Notes: generated from the letters alone by a model not told the origin. Counted from the stretch's first letter, positions 1-9,782 are shown. The stretch: DNA of 32,000 nt from Ktedonobacterales bacterium (GCA_030167145.1 CP126532.1:1530001-1562000), one strand, 5' to 3'. Numbers and translations: made by a program.

Positions 1-74
1 CCGACCCTCATCAGCGAAGGTCGCGCCCATGCCGGTAGATGTTCCGGTGGATCCGGCGAACGACCTGTGCATCA

Positions 75-2240
75 TCATCGCCTCTTCTCGTCGCAGCCCT
101 TCATCATATCACGCTGGACATCCAGTACGCCGGGCACAGTATGCAAGCGGCGCAGCACAAAATCGAGCCGCAGATTCGGCGGCACATCCAGCGTGAGCGT
201 CATCGCCGCCCGGTGGCGCGACTGATTCGCATAGGCCCGCCCACCAGAAACGTTGATGCCGATATTGGCAGCGCACCGCGCGACTTCGTTCATCAGTCCG
301 GGGTGATCCTGCCCCGATATTTCCAGATGCACACGATAGGTAATCGGCTGAATCTCTGGCCATATCACCGCCAGCGGCTCAGTCGCGCTGGCGCCCACGT
401 CGTAGCGGCGCGCCAGCGCGCCACGCAATGTCCGGCAGCACGCGCGATGAATCGTAACACGCTGCCCCGCGCCCGCTAGCCCAGCGATATGATCGCCCGG
501 ACACGGAAAACAGCAACGCCCTAACTCGACCTGTGCCCGCTTACCAGAAGGATGCCGTAACGGCTCCACAATGCTCGACAAGGCGGTCGGCTCGCTCACA
601 TGTCGCGTTCGTTCCGCGTCATCCAACGTCCGCCGCAGCGCCCGCCCGATCTTCTCCCGCGCGTAGCGGGTGCGCGCGATATCCAGCCACGACGCATCTG
701 GCGCGGCGTCCGGTGACGTGAGCACTCGCACAATGTCGCTGCGGCGCAAAATGTAATCCACCTCCACCTCGCGCGCAATCAGGATGCCCTGGCTCGTATT
801 CGTCTGCACATGCGCGCCCACCGCATGATTCCCAATCTCCGTGTGAATCAGGTACGCGAAATCGAGCACCGTAGATCCTTCCGGTAGCTCACGAATCTGT
901 CCCTTCGGGGTGAACACATGAATCTGCTCTTCAAAAAGATCGCCTCGCACTGCCGCCATAAAGTCGCTGGCATTCAGGTCCAGTTCCCGCTGCCACGCCG
1001 CCAGATGTGTCACCCACCCCAGCACCTCCGCCACCCGCACCGGCGTCGCGCCATCCACCCGTTCTCCGTGCGCCGCGCGCTCCAGCCAGTACGTCGCCAC
1101 GCCATGCTGCGCGGCGCGGTGCATCCGGTGGGTGCGAATATGTATCTGGGCGAGGCGGCCATCCAGGGCAAATACTGCGGTGTGGAACGATTGATAACCA
1201 TTGATCTTCGGTGTAGCAATGTAATCACGAATACGGTCCGTGTGCGGATGCCACAAATGATGAATCACACGCAACGCCTGGTAACAATCGTCCTTGGTAT
1301 CCACCAGCACACGAAACGCAATCAGATCGTGTAGCCCCGCGATGTCCATGCCGCTATCCTCGGCCTCGCGATACGCGCGATACGTATGCTTCAGGCGGTA
1401 GTTCACCGCCGCCTGAATGCCTTGCGCCGCCAGTTCGCGCTGCACCCGGCGACACATCCGTTTGCCCCACTCCGCCCGCTTCATCATTTCATCATCCAGG
1501 CGGGCGCTCACATGCGCGAACGTCTCCGGCTCCAGATGGAGGAATCCCAGATCTTCCAACTCTGACTTGACGAGATACAGGCCGATGCGTCCCGCCAGCG
1601 GCGCATAGATGTCCAGAGTCTCCCGCGCGATAGCCTCGCGCTTCTCCGGCGGCATCGAGCCGAGCGTCCGCATATTATGCAGACGGTCGGCCAGCTTCAC
1701 CAACACCACGCGCGGATCTTCGCTCATCGCCAGAAAGAGCTTGCGCACCGTCTCGGACTGTTGCCGCGCCTTCTTCCGTTTGCGCGCATCCACCGAAACA
1801 ATATCGCCTTCGGGTTCCACCGGCTCCACGGCAACAAACTTGGTGACACCATCCACAATCGCCGCAATGCCCGCGCCAAAACGCTCGCGCACATCATCGA
1901 GGCTGAGCGTCGTATCTTCCACTGTGTCGTGCAACAGTGCGGCAGCGATCCCCGGCGCGTCAATCGCCAGCTCGCTCAGCAGTGTCGCCACCGCCACCGG
2001 ATGCTCAATGAACGGCTCGCCAGATTTGCGGCGTATGCCCTGATGCGCCGCCTCCGCGACCTCATACGCGCCACGAATCAATTCGAGATCGTCGGGGGGC
2101 AGATACCGCCCGCAGAGGTCGAGCAGCGCATCCATCGAGGCAGGTAGCGGCGGCTTACTCATGCTGGTTGCCCCATCAGAAACACTCTGGTGGGCTGGCG
2201 GCGCATCGGCGTTCTGTTTTCCGCTGACTATTGCGCGCAT
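75..2240 (-). CDS. rel: bifunctional (p)ppGpp synthetase/hydrolase, RelA/SpoT homologue (RSH)
   Basis: Long ORF 75..2417. HD hydrolase motifs (HPVAVATLL, LLHDTVEDT), synthetase core (YRAYREAEDSGMDIAGLHDLIAFRVLV, GYQSFHTAV), TGS block (IHVFTPKGQIRELPEGSTVLDFAY) and an ACT-like C-terminus. Start placed at ATG 2240 because GAGGAG lies 4 nt upstream; ATG 2162 (MSKPP) is an alternative. The first 59 codons of the track ORF do not look protein-like. Confidence 0.9.
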   Translation of the reverse strand: MRAIVSGKQNADAPPAHQSVSDGATSMSKPPLPASMDALLDLCGRYLPPDDLELIRGAYEVAEAAHQGIRRKSGEPFIEHPVAVATLLSELAIDAPGIAAALLHDTVEDTTLSLDDVRERFGAGIAAIVDGVTKFVAVEPVEPEGDIVSVDARKRKKARQQSETVRKLFLAMSEDPRVVLVKLADRLHNMRTLGSMPPEKREAIARETLDIYAPLAGRIGLYLVKSELEDLGFLHLEPETFAHVSARLDDEMMKRAEWGKRMCRRVQRELAAQGIQAAVNYRLKHTYRAYREAEDSGMDIAGLHDLIAFRVLVDTKDDCYQALRVIHHLWHPHTDRIRDYIATPKINGYQSFHTAVFALDGRLAQIHIRTHRMHRAAQHGVATYWLERAAHGERVDGATPVRVAEVLGWVTHLAAWQRELDLNASDFMAAVRGDLFEEQIHVFTPKGQIRELPEGSTVLDFAYLIHTEIGNHAVGAHVQTNTSQGILIAREVEVDYILRRSDIVRVLTSPDAAPDASWLDIARTRYAREKIGRALRRTLDDAERTRHVSEPTALSSIVEPLRHPSGKRAQVELGRCCFPCPGDHIAGLAGAGQRVTIHRACCRTLRGALARRYDVGASATEPLAVIWPEIQPITYRVHLEISGQDHPGLMNEVARCAANIGINVSGGRAYANQSRHRAAMTLTLDVPPNLRLDFVLRRLHTVPGVLDVQRDMMKGCDEKRR

Positions 2241-2706
2241 GATGCTCCTCGGACGAAGACCCATGCCGTCACGCTGATGTATGCGCGGACGACGGGTCAA
2301 CAGTAGGGCTACAGCGCAGGCGCCTGAACTATCCCACGCGCAAGGCCATTTTGGTAAAACACAAGCGCGCGGGCGGCTGCGACACCACCCGCGCGCCCGT
2401 CTGTCACCACTGACCACGCGCGTCCATTGGCATTATCTGTCTGAGCTATACCCTACGTCAAGCCGAACGGTATTATTGACGGCTCAGATTGAGTCCCAGA
2501 TTCACCCAGACATTGATTCCTTTGCATCGTCTCTGCGGGTAAGCGCTGCTACATTCTCGCTAGATACCAGCGAAAAAGTTGCGCAAAAGAAGGCAGGAAC
2601 GATGGCGACAGATGCCTCGGCGTCCCTCGCCCATTCTGCTGGACCATCCTCACGAATAATACGCATGACAAAATCGTCATATGGGCGACTTGTGTACGAA
2701 CGGACC

Positions 2707-2735
2707 TTGACTTTGCGTCAGTTCTGGTCTATGCT
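2707..2735 (+). promoter_or_regulatory. sigma70-like promoter candidate (TTGACT-N17-TATGCT)
   Basis: TTGACT at 2707-2712, 17-nt spacer, TATGCT at 2730-2735, inside an 800-bp non-coding lower-GC region. Faces the BNR gene about 490 nt downstream. Confidence 0.3.
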
Positions 2736-3226
2736 TTCTCCGAACGCTTCGACGAGATCATTTCTCCCTCTATCTCGTCAGTTTGTTGATGCCGCCGTCT
2801 AGGTGTGGGTGGTCGTTTTTGTGGGTTGGCAGACGTAACGATAGCGGACGTGAACATACGCTCCGCTGGCATCTGTAGGTGCGCGCTTGGGCGCATTCGT
2901 GTCTGTAGTAGGAATTCTCTTCGCTCATCAGGATGAACCTCGATTGCTCGCGCATGCCATCCGCTCTGGAACGACGCATCTCGTCCCAACTCATTCGCCT
3001 GGATGACATGACCATGTGGTGACTCTGTGGAATCGGGTGTAACGCCGCTGGCGCAGCCACTCCACCCGTCTCACCGGGCGCATGCGAGCATTCGCACATC
3101 TCTTGTAGCGCGAATTCCCGTAGCGCGGCCCTCGTACAGCAGCCCCTTGGAACCCAATGCACTCGGACTCAGCTTCGCCGTGCGTATCTCCGCTATCCGC
3201 GCGGCCACAAGGGAAGGCGTTTACTC

Positions 3227-4999
3227 ATGCATCGCCGCATGTTCGCCCGCAGGCTATTCCGCCCAGCGACACGTCTGTTTCTGCCACTTGCCGTCGTAGC
3301 CCTCATGGCTATCCCCAATCTTGCCTTCGCGCAGGGAAAAACCACCAAGCCAGCCGCGACCTCACCAAGCCAGAACCCCATCTGCCAGAAGGTCGGCAAG
3401 ACCCTTCAATTGTCCAGTGGTGGCCGTATGTGGTGTCTTGGCCCTCAGAACGGCAGCGGCTCCTCCACCATCCGCCACAGCATCACGCCGAAACCACCCA
3501 TTTCCGGCCAGTTCAGCGCCAATGTCAACGCGGCCAATCCCGCTGAAGACATCTCACCCTCTGGTGTGGTCGCCTATGGCCAGTCCGAGACATCAGTCGC
3601 GCGCTTCGGCAACGACGTTCTGGAAGCTTGGAATGACTCCACTGGCTTCTTCTCCTCTTGTGGCTCGCCCAATTTCAAGGAAGAGTTGACCGGCTTCGGC
3701 TTCTCCAGCGATGGTGGCGCGACCTTCACCGACATGGGTGGCCTGCCGAACAACCGCTGCGGAACCAATATCCTCTCCGGCGATCCGAGCGTAGAGGTCT
3801 GGGCGCCAGGTGGCCGTGTGACGTTCTACGTCTCCAGCCTCTATCCCTCGCAGACCGGCGATGGCCTCAACTACATCGGCCTCAATGTCTGCCAGCTCTC
3901 TGGCAGCATCGTCAATTGCGGCTTCCCCATCCTTATGGCCGCCAGCTCCCAGTGCGAGGTCTTCGACGGCTTCTCGTTCTGCAGCTTCCCCGACAAAGAC
4001 TTCCTCAGCATTGACCCCGTGCGCGGACGTCTCTACGTCTCGTACACCGACTTCCGCTTCGACAGCAACGGCGCCATTGACCTTGGCATGTGCGACATCG
4101 GCACACCGTCTGGTGGCATCGGCCCCGCTGGCGGCACCGCTGTCAATCCCGTCTGCGAAGGCGTACCAGCAGACACCACCACCGGCGCGGATGGCGCGCC
4201 ATACCTCAACATCGCCACCAGCTTCGGCTGCAACGAGCTTGAGGGCGCCTATCCAGCAGTGGATCCAGGCCGCGGCTCGATCTACGTCGCCTACGAAGAC
4301 AACTGGGCCACGAACCTCTTCGGCTGCAACCAGCCCACGTTCAACCAGATGACCTTCACCGCCAAGAGTTGTCTGACCGTCACTCCCACGTCGCCGTGTC
4401 ATCACGCGACGCGCACCAACGGCGTGACCATTACCTCCATGGCATCGGCGTTCATCCCCGGCTACAACCGCTTCCCGATGAACGACTTCCCACGGGTAGC
4501 GTTCAGCAAGAAGTATCAGACCATCAGCATGGTCTGGAATGACGGACGGTTCCATCCAACCGGCGACATCCTGATGCAGAGCTTCACCGCAGTCCACATC
4601 AAGCCCGTCTGCTGCGGTCCGATTCAACTGAACAGCGATGTCGGCGGCTGGAACTTCATGCCGGCTACACGCCAAGCTGATAACAACGGCAACATCAACG
4701 TCCTCTGGTATCAGCGGGCAAGCGGCAACACAGCGGTAACATATGTCGTGGCGGCCATCAGTGTCAATCCGAAGACCACCAGCACACCCGCCGCGAACTA
4801 CCTCGTCACCGACGCGACCTCTGATTGGAACGCTGTGTCATCCGACATCATTCCAAACTTCGGTGACTACACCGACCTGTATCTCACCTCGAACTGCGTC
4901 AACGGCACCTACTCCTACCTCGGCCAGATCAACGCGGCCTGGTCCGATGGGCGCATCGGCGTGCCGCAGCCGTTCTACGCCTCGGGTAGCGATTCCTAG
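3227..4999 (+). CDS. secreted BNR/Asp-box repeat protein (sialidase-fold beta-propeller-like), function unknown
   Basis: 590-aa ORF. N-terminal signal peptide (RLFLPLAVVALMAIPNLAFAQG). One clear Asp-box (SSDGGATF). Ser/Gly/Thr/Asn-rich extracellular-type composition. The antisense 360-aa ORF is a GC shadow. Confidence 0.7.
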   Translation: MHRRMFARRLFRPATRLFLPLAVVALMAIPNLAFAQGKTTKPAATSPSQNPICQKVGKTLQLSSGGRMWCLGPQNGSGSSTIRHSITPKPPISGQFSANVNAANPAEDISPSGVVAYGQSETSVARFGNDVLEAWNDSTGFFSSCGSPNFKEELTGFGFSSDGGATFTDMGGLPNNRCGTNILSGDPSVEVWAPGGRVTFYVSSLYPSQTGDGLNYIGLNVCQLSGSIVNCGFPILMAASSQCEVFDGFSFCSFPDKDFLSIDPVRGRLYVSYTDFRFDSNGAIDLGMCDIGTPSGGIGPAGGTAVNPVCEGVPADTTTGADGAPYLNIATSFGCNELEGAYPAVDPGRGSIYVAYEDNWATNLFGCNQPTFNQMTFTAKSCLTVTPTSPCHHATRTNGVTITSMASAFIPGYNRFPMNDFPRVAFSKKYQTISMVWNDGRFHPTGDILMQSFTAVHIKPVCCGPIQLNSDVGGWNFMPATRQADNNGNINVLWYQRASGNTAVTYVVAAISVNPKTTSTPAANYLVTDATSDWNAVSSDIIPNFGDYTDLYLTSNCVNGTYSYLGQINAAWSDGRIGVPQPFYASGSDS

Positions 5000-5035
5000 C
5001 GACCTTCCCGGCGACGCGGCAACGCAAGCCACACG

Positions 5036-5067
5036 GCGGAGGCGGGGAAGCATTTCCCCGCCTCCGC
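5036..5067 (+). terminator. strong hairpin downstream of the BNR gene (terminator candidate, no U-tract)
   Basis: GCGGAGGCGGGGAA-gcat-TTCCCCGCCTCCGC. Perfect 14-bp stem with a 4-nt loop, 37 nt after the stop at 4999. Confidence 0.45.
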
Positions 5068-5086
5068 TCCATGTCTGCCCGGCGCC

Positions 5087-5126
5087 CGCTCCACCTCGCT
5101 CCACCTCGCTCCACCTCGCTCCAACG
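5087..5126. repeat. 10-bp tandem repeat (CGCTCCACCT x3 plus one degenerate copy)
   Basis: Read directly: cgctccacct cgctccacct cgctccacct cgctccaacg. Confidence 0.8.
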
Positions 5127-5290
5127 CCTCCTTCATCCCCAATGACTTGCCACCACCGCCCGCAGCCGTTATCATGGCATTCAACTTGTGGCCGCCTGGC
5201 CTGATGACCTAACCAGTCACCCTCAGCCATTCCGAGCCACTCGCGACACCCAGAGAGCGGCACGAGTCCCTAAGGCAAGAGAGGCGCGTT

Positions 5291-6040
5291 ATGATCCCAC
5301 TCAGCGACGATCCAGGAGTGCGACGGCGCATCCCGTTCGTCAACTACACCCTGATCGCCATCAATGTCGCCGCGTTTATTCTGGAATACACGCAAGGAAC
5401 CTGCTTCCAACTCGCCTACTCCGCCGTGCCATATGGCATCGTCCACGGCGTCTCCTTGCCAATTCAAGGCTGCCCCTACGGCCAGGCTGCCCCAGTCTAC
5501 GTCACTCTGCTCACGGCGATGTTCCTGCACGCCGGTCTGCTCCATATCGCGGGGAATATGCTCTTTCTCTGGATCTTCGGCGACAATGTCGAGGACCGGC
5601 TCGGCCACGTCGGCTACCTTGTCTTCTATCTCTTCTGCGGCTTCGTCGCCTCCGCCGCACAGATCGCCGTTGACCCCAATTCCACCATCCCCACGCTCGG
5701 CGCGAGCGGCGCGATTGCCGGCGTGCTCGGCGCATACATCGTCTTCTACCCCGGCGCGCGGGTACGCACCCTCATCTTCCTCGGCTTCTTCATCACCATG
5801 GCCCGCCTCTCCGCGCTCATCGTCATCGGCATGTGGTTCGTCCTCCAACTCGCCGATGCGTTCCTCAGTCAGCCCGTATCACAGGGCGGCGGTGGCGTCG
5901 CCTATTTCGCCCACATCGGCGGCTTCGTCGCCGGACTCCTCATCGCGCTGCTCGTGCGCCCATTCACCAAACCACCCAAGCCAAACGCCACCTCCTATCC
6001 CTACTGGCCCGCGCACCAAGACATGCGCCGCATGGGATAG
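5291..6040 (+). CDS. rhomboid family intramembrane serine protease
   Basis: 249 aa, multi-TM. GASGAIAGVLGAY (GxSG catalytic Ser) and HIGGFVAGLL (catalytic His). WIFGDNVEDRLG loop typical of rhomboids. GAGAGG RBS upstream. Confidence 0.85.
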   Translation: MIPLSDDPGVRRRIPFVNYTLIAINVAAFILEYTQGTCFQLAYSAVPYGIVHGVSLPIQGCPYGQAAPVYVTLLTAMFLHAGLLHIAGNMLFLWIFGDNVEDRLGHVGYLVFYLFCGFVASAAQIAVDPNSTIPTLGASGAIAGVLGAYIVFYPGARVRTLIFLGFFITMARLSALIVIGMWFVLQLADAFLSQPVSQGGGGVAYFAHIGGFVAGLLIALLVRPFTKPPKPNATSYPYWPAHQDMRRMG

Positions 6041-6248
6041 TAGCCAGTAACTTTTCGCCATGCCCGCCGCCACAATACGCACCATATACCCACATGCCCC
6101 ATCCGCTCCGGCGCGATTCGGTCTATGCTGGTGTGTGCTCTGGTGTATGCTATAGATTGAGATACGACGTGGCGCTCAGCGTACCAGTGCGCGCCCTGTC
6201 AACGGTCCGCGATCTCATGGCAAAACCGCTGCCGGCCAGGAGACTCCC

Positions 6249-6587
6249 ATGCTTGGGCATTCATTTGAGCTATTCATCATCATTCTCGTTGGCCTGCTAA
6301 TCTTTGGCCCCAAAAAAGTCATCGAAATGGGCGCCGCCGCTGGCAGGCTCCTGCGCGACCTGCGCGCCGCATTCCGCGAGATGGGCTGGCCGGGCTTCCC
6401 ATCGGCTGGCACGTTCCAGCAATCGCCGCTCTCCCACCTGAGCCAGCTCGCCCAATCGCTCACCGCCGATACGACAACCGCAACACCAGCCGCACCCACG
6501 CCCGAACCCAGCGTGGATCAAGCCTCACCCACTGCTCCTACCACCCCCAGCGCCCCAACTGCCACGCCCGAATCACCCAGCGCCTAG
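6249..6587 (+). CDS. tatA: twin-arginine translocase TatA/TatE family protein with Pro/Thr/Ala-rich tail
   Basis: N-terminal TM helix followed by the FGPKK motif and an amphipathic helix. AGGAG RBS 8 nt upstream of the ATG. Confidence 0.8.
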   Translation: MLGHSFELFIIILVGLLIFGPKKVIEMGAAAGRLLRDLRAAFREMGWPGFPSAGTFQQSPLSHLSQLAQSLTADTTTATPAAPTPEPSVDQASPTAPTTPSAPTATPESPSA

Positions 6588-6631
6588 CGTCCGGAGACTC
6601 GCGCCGGCTTTCTGCTCAATTTCCTCGTATC

Positions 6632-7897
6632 TCACAGGTGCAGCGCGCGCTCGAACATCGCCGCGTCCTTGTGCGGCCCGATCAGCGCCAGCCGCAACCA
6701 CTCATCGCGGAAGATCGTGCGCGCCAGCCGCTGAATATCGTCGCTCGTCACCTCGTCAATGCGCTCCAACGTCTCGTCCAACTCACGCACATCCCCCAGC
6801 AACGCCTCCTGCCCGCCGAGCCAGTGCGCCACACTCCCCGTATCCTCCAGCCGCAGCGCCATCCGTCCCTTGGTATACTCCTTCGCCCGGCGCAACTCCT
6901 CTTCGCCAACTGCCTCATCGCGCACCCGCCGCAATTGCGCCAGAATCGCCTTCAGCGCCGCCCGTGCCCTGCGCGGCTCCACGCCTGCCGAAACCACCAT
7001 CACCCCCGTATCATGGTACGAAACCGGCGAGCTGCCAACATCATAGGCCAACCCCTGCCGCTCGCGCACCTCCAGAAACAGCCGTGAACTCATACCGTCG
7101 CCCAGCACCGCGTTCAGCAATGGCATCGTATATTCGTCGCGATCCCGGTGCGGAATCCCCAGCGTATACAGCGCCAGGTTCGTCTGCTCCGTCTTCCGCT
7201 GTTCCAGCCGTACACGTGGCGCATCCACCGGCGGTGGGCACGGCTCCCATCGCGGCACATCACGCGCCTCCCAATCGCCGAGCAACTCCGCGACACATGC
7301 CACCACGCGCTCATGCTCCACATCCCCAGCGATGCTCACCACCAGATTGCCCGGCACATAATGCCCGCGCCAATAGCCCGCCACCGTCTCCCGTGCGATT
7401 CCTTCCACCGTCTCGCGCGTTCCCGCCACCTCACGCCCCAGTGGCAGATCCGGCCACACGGTCTCGTCGCCCAGCACACTCACCCAATCCTGCGGGCTGT
7501 CGCGATACATGCCCAATTCTTCGATTATCACCCGCCGCTCTTTATCTAGCTCCGCCTCCTCAAAACGTGGCCACCGCACCATATCCGCCAGCAGCCCCAT
7601 CGCCAGATCGAAGTGGCGGCTCGCGATCTTCACCGAATAGACGGTCAATTCTTTGTCCGTCCCCGCGTCCAGCAGCCCCCCCACGCCCTCTATCGCCTCC
7701 GAAATGACCTGTGCCGTCGGAAAACGCTCACTTCCCTTGAACAGCATATGCTCGATCAAATGCGACACCCCGGACTGCTCCGCACACTCATACCGCGAGC
7801 CAGCGCAAAAAAAGAACGCGATGCTCACCGAGCGAACGTGAGGCATCGTGGCCGTGAGAATGCGAATACCATTCGGTAATGTGGCGCTTTGGTGCAT
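6632..7897 (-). CDS. M16 family (pitrilysin-like) zinc metallopeptidase
   Basis: 421 aa. HLIEHMLFKG = inverted zincin HxxEH motif. Downstream EELGMY Glu region. Typical M16 N- and C-domains. Confidence 0.88.
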   Translation of the reverse strand: MHQSATLPNGIRILTATMPHVRSVSIAFFFCAGSRYECAEQSGVSHLIEHMLFKGSERFPTAQVISEAIEGVGGLLDAGTDKELTVYSVKIASRHFDLAMGLLADMVRWPRFEEAELDKERRVIIEELGMYRDSPQDWVSVLGDETVWPDLPLGREVAGTRETVEGIARETVAGYWRGHYVPGNLVVSIAGDVEHERVVACVAELLGDWEARDVPRWEPCPPPVDAPRVRLEQRKTEQTNLALYTLGIPHRDRDEYTMPLLNAVLGDGMSSRLFLEVRERQGLAYDVGSSPVSYHDTGVMVVSAGVEPRRARAALKAILAQLRRVRDEAVGEEELRRAKEYTKGRMALRLEDTGSVAHWLGGQEALLGDVRELDETLERIDEVTSDDIQRLARTIFRDEWLRLALIGPHKDAAMFERALHL

Positions 7898-8204
7898 GGG
7901 GGCAAAAACCTCGAAGTCAACAAGCTAGGCAATGTGCGCAACCACTATCTGGCCGCCAGCAGATTATAGCCCTTGCAACGCGCCGCTACCAATTCCCGCT
8001 CTATACCAACAACACGGTGATAGTTCCCGATAGACACATATAGGCAGAACAGGTGGATTCCCACCCCCACGCTGGACGTGATGTGCTACGCTATCGCTGC
8101 TGGTTCGTTCCATTAGGGGCGGACGTTCGCTGGCACACACCCGCGACGACCATGACCAGTGTCACCTCATCCATCACGACTTCGTATAGTAGGGAGGCAG
8201 AGTT

Positions 8205-8708
8205 ATGCGACAAGGCATGCGGCGCTGGCCGGCCATATGGGGGGCGGCGTTGCTCCTGCTCGCATCATTAATGTTCTCGGCATGTGCAGGCTCCGGTAGC
8301 AACAACCTCAAGATTCCCACCGCCACTGCTGCCGCAGTGCAAATCAAGACCGACCGCACCGCCTATACCACGGCGCAACCCATCGGCGTCACCATCTCCA
8401 ATACCGGCAGCCAGGGCTTCTACGCCGTGACGGGCCGCTCTGCCTGCACCTTCTTGCAACTCCAAAAATACGACACCACCAAACGCGCCTGGTTTGCCAC
8501 CGTCGGCTGCGATACCGCCTATCAGCCGCAAGCGCTGCTGATTAGCGCCAATATGACCGAGCCATTCACGCTTCCCCCCGGCAATGCCTCCGACAACCCG
8601 AATGTCTGGGTTCCCGGCGCCTACCGTATCGCGCTGCAATATGGTACACAATCTGATGGCTCCGGCAACGTGCAAGTCGCATACTCCGCTGGATTCCAGA
8701 TCACCTGA
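8205..8708 (+). CDS. lipoprotein, function unknown
   Basis: 167 aa. Signal peptide with lipobox (LLLLASLMFSAC). GGGAGG RBS upstream. Confidence 0.65.
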   Translation: MRQGMRRWPAIWGAALLLLASLMFSACAGSGSNNLKIPTATAAAVQIKTDRTAYTTAQPIGVTISNTGSQGFYAVTGRSACTFLQLQKYDTTKRAWFATVGCDTAYQPQALLISANMTEPFTLPPGNASDNPNVWVPGAYRIALQYGTQSDGSGNVQVAYSAGFQIT

Positions 8709-8754
8709 TGCCGCGCGACACGCGCGGCAGGCTCTTCAGAAGCGAGGCTGGGCT

Positions 8755-9759
8755 ATGGGTGAACCGCATACACAGACGATCAAGCTCCTGGTGACCGACT
8801 TCACCTTCACCAGCGCCGACCGTCAGCGCCTTATCGCCGCGCTCGGCCCAGACGTGCTGCTGCATGTGCAAGGCTATGAGGCGCTTCGGCAGGCTCTCGC
8901 CGCGCACCCAGAAACCGACCTGCTCTGCTCATTTCATCCCCCAGCGGATACGCTCAGCCTTGCGCCAGGTCTGCGTTGGATCCAATTGCCCAGCGCGGGC
9001 GCGGACCACGCGCTGCGCGATCATCTCGTGCGCGACGACGGCCCCATCGTCACCACCGCCAACGGCGTCCATACCGTCCCCATCAGCGAATTCGTCTTCA
9101 GCCTGCTGCTTCTCTGGGCGCACCGCTGGCCAGAGTTCTTCGCGCTTCAGCAGGCGGAGCACTGGCCAGATCACGCGCAGTGGGTGGGGCTGCGCGGGCG
9201 CGAGCTGCGCGACGCCACCCTCGGCATCATCGGCCTCGGCGCGATTGGCCGCCAGGTGGCGCGGCTGGGCCGCGCCTTCGGCATGCGCCTGCTCGGCACT
9301 CGGCGCAGCGCCCGCGCCGCCGATACTGACCCCGACCTCGACCAGCTTATCCCCCTCGCCCAACTCCATCACCTGCTGGCCCAGAGCGACTACATCGTCC
9401 TCGCCGCCCCCAGCACATCCGACTCCCATCACCTGATCGGCCCCGCCGAACTCCACGCCATGAAGCCAACAGCCTTTCTCATCAACATCTCCCGTGGCGA
9501 CCTCATAGACCAGGATGCCCTCATCACCGCCCTGCGCGAGCGCCAGATCGCGGGTGCGGGCCTCGATGTCTTCGCCCAAGAGCCGCTCCCGCCCGAAAGT
9601 CCCCTCTGGCGCATGCCCAACGTCCTCATCTCCCCCCATATCTCCGGCGCCAGCGACCACTACAGCCGCCGCTTCACCGACCTCTATCTCGACAACATCC
9701 GCCGCTATCGCGCAGGCGAACCCCTCGTCAACGTCGTCAACGCCCAGCGCGGCTATTGA
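8755..9759 (+). CDS. D-isomer-specific 2-hydroxyacid dehydrogenase family protein
   Basis: NAD-binding GIIGLGAIGRQVARLG. Catalytic Arg/Glu/His context (INISRGDLID, GAGLDVFAQEPLP, ISPHISGAS). Start moved to ATG 8755 (GAGG RBS), because the track start at 8584 overlaps the lipoprotein gene. Confidence 0.85.
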   Translation: MGEPHTQTIKLLVTDFTFTSADRQRLIAALGPDVLLHVQGYEALRQALAAHPETDLLCSFHPPADTLSLAPGLRWIQLPSAGADHALRDHLVRDDGPIVTTANGVHTVPISEFVFSLLLLWAHRWPEFFALQQAEHWPDHAQWVGLRGRELRDATLGIIGLGAIGRQVARLGRAFGMRLLGTRRSARAADTDPDLDQLIPLAQLHHLLAQSDYIVLAAPSTSDSHHLIGPAELHAMKPTAFLINISRGDLIDQDALITALRERQIAGAGLDVFAQEPLPPESPLWRMPNVLISPHISGASDHYSRRFTDLYLDNIRRYRAGEPLVNVVNAQRGY

Positions 9760-9782
9760 CGAGATTCCACTCCCCTTCCCGC

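Noticed and set aside
1-74. Possible 5' end of a minus-strand gene downstream of rel at the window edge.
   Set aside because: Too little sequence is available. The minus-strand reading MHRSFAGSTGTSTGMGATFADEGR has no recognisable similarity.
2241-2417. N-terminal extension of the rel ORF (track start at 2417).
   Set aside because: The extension (MVSGDRRARGWCRSRPRACVLPKWPCAWDSSG...) is Arg/Cys/Trp-rich and unlike RSH N-termini. A GAGGAG RBS precedes ATG 2240.
2281-3162. ORFs 2281..2802 (+, 173 aa) and 2770..3162 (-, 130 aa) as real genes in the rel/BNR intergenic region.
   Set aside because: The composition is not protein-like, there is no RBS and I recognised no motifs. The first also overlaps the rel 5' region. 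The area is treated as non-coding.
2418-3226. A known structured RNA (RNase P, tmRNA, SRP/6S RNA, cobalamin or other riboswitch) in the long non-coding region.
   Set aside because: I could not find the diagnostic conserved strings, for example GAGGAAAGTCCGGGC for RNase P, a tmRNA tag ORF/CCA end, or a B12 box. Only a covariance-model scan could settle this.
3593-4675. 360-aa antisense ORF, plus similar long ORFs opposite real genes: 8929..9660 -, 12487..13410 +, 13112..14416 +, 15293..16282 -, 17732..18730 -, 20126..20884 -, 22289..22960 -, 22480..23268 -, 27892..29247 +, 30123..30716 -.
   Set aside because: These are typical high-GC shadow ORFs. Their composition is Arg/Ala/Gly/Pro/His-rich, they have no recognisable motifs or RBS, and each lies opposite an ORF with clear family signatures.
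8584-8754. Upstream track starts for three ORFs that overlap the preceding gene: the dehydrogenase at 8584, the TlpA-like gene at 10617 and the DUF4258 gene at 20803.
   Set aside because: The extensions overlap the preceding genes in another frame and have no family similarity. Internal ATGs with good RBSs (8755, 10764, 21049) give proteins of normal family length.
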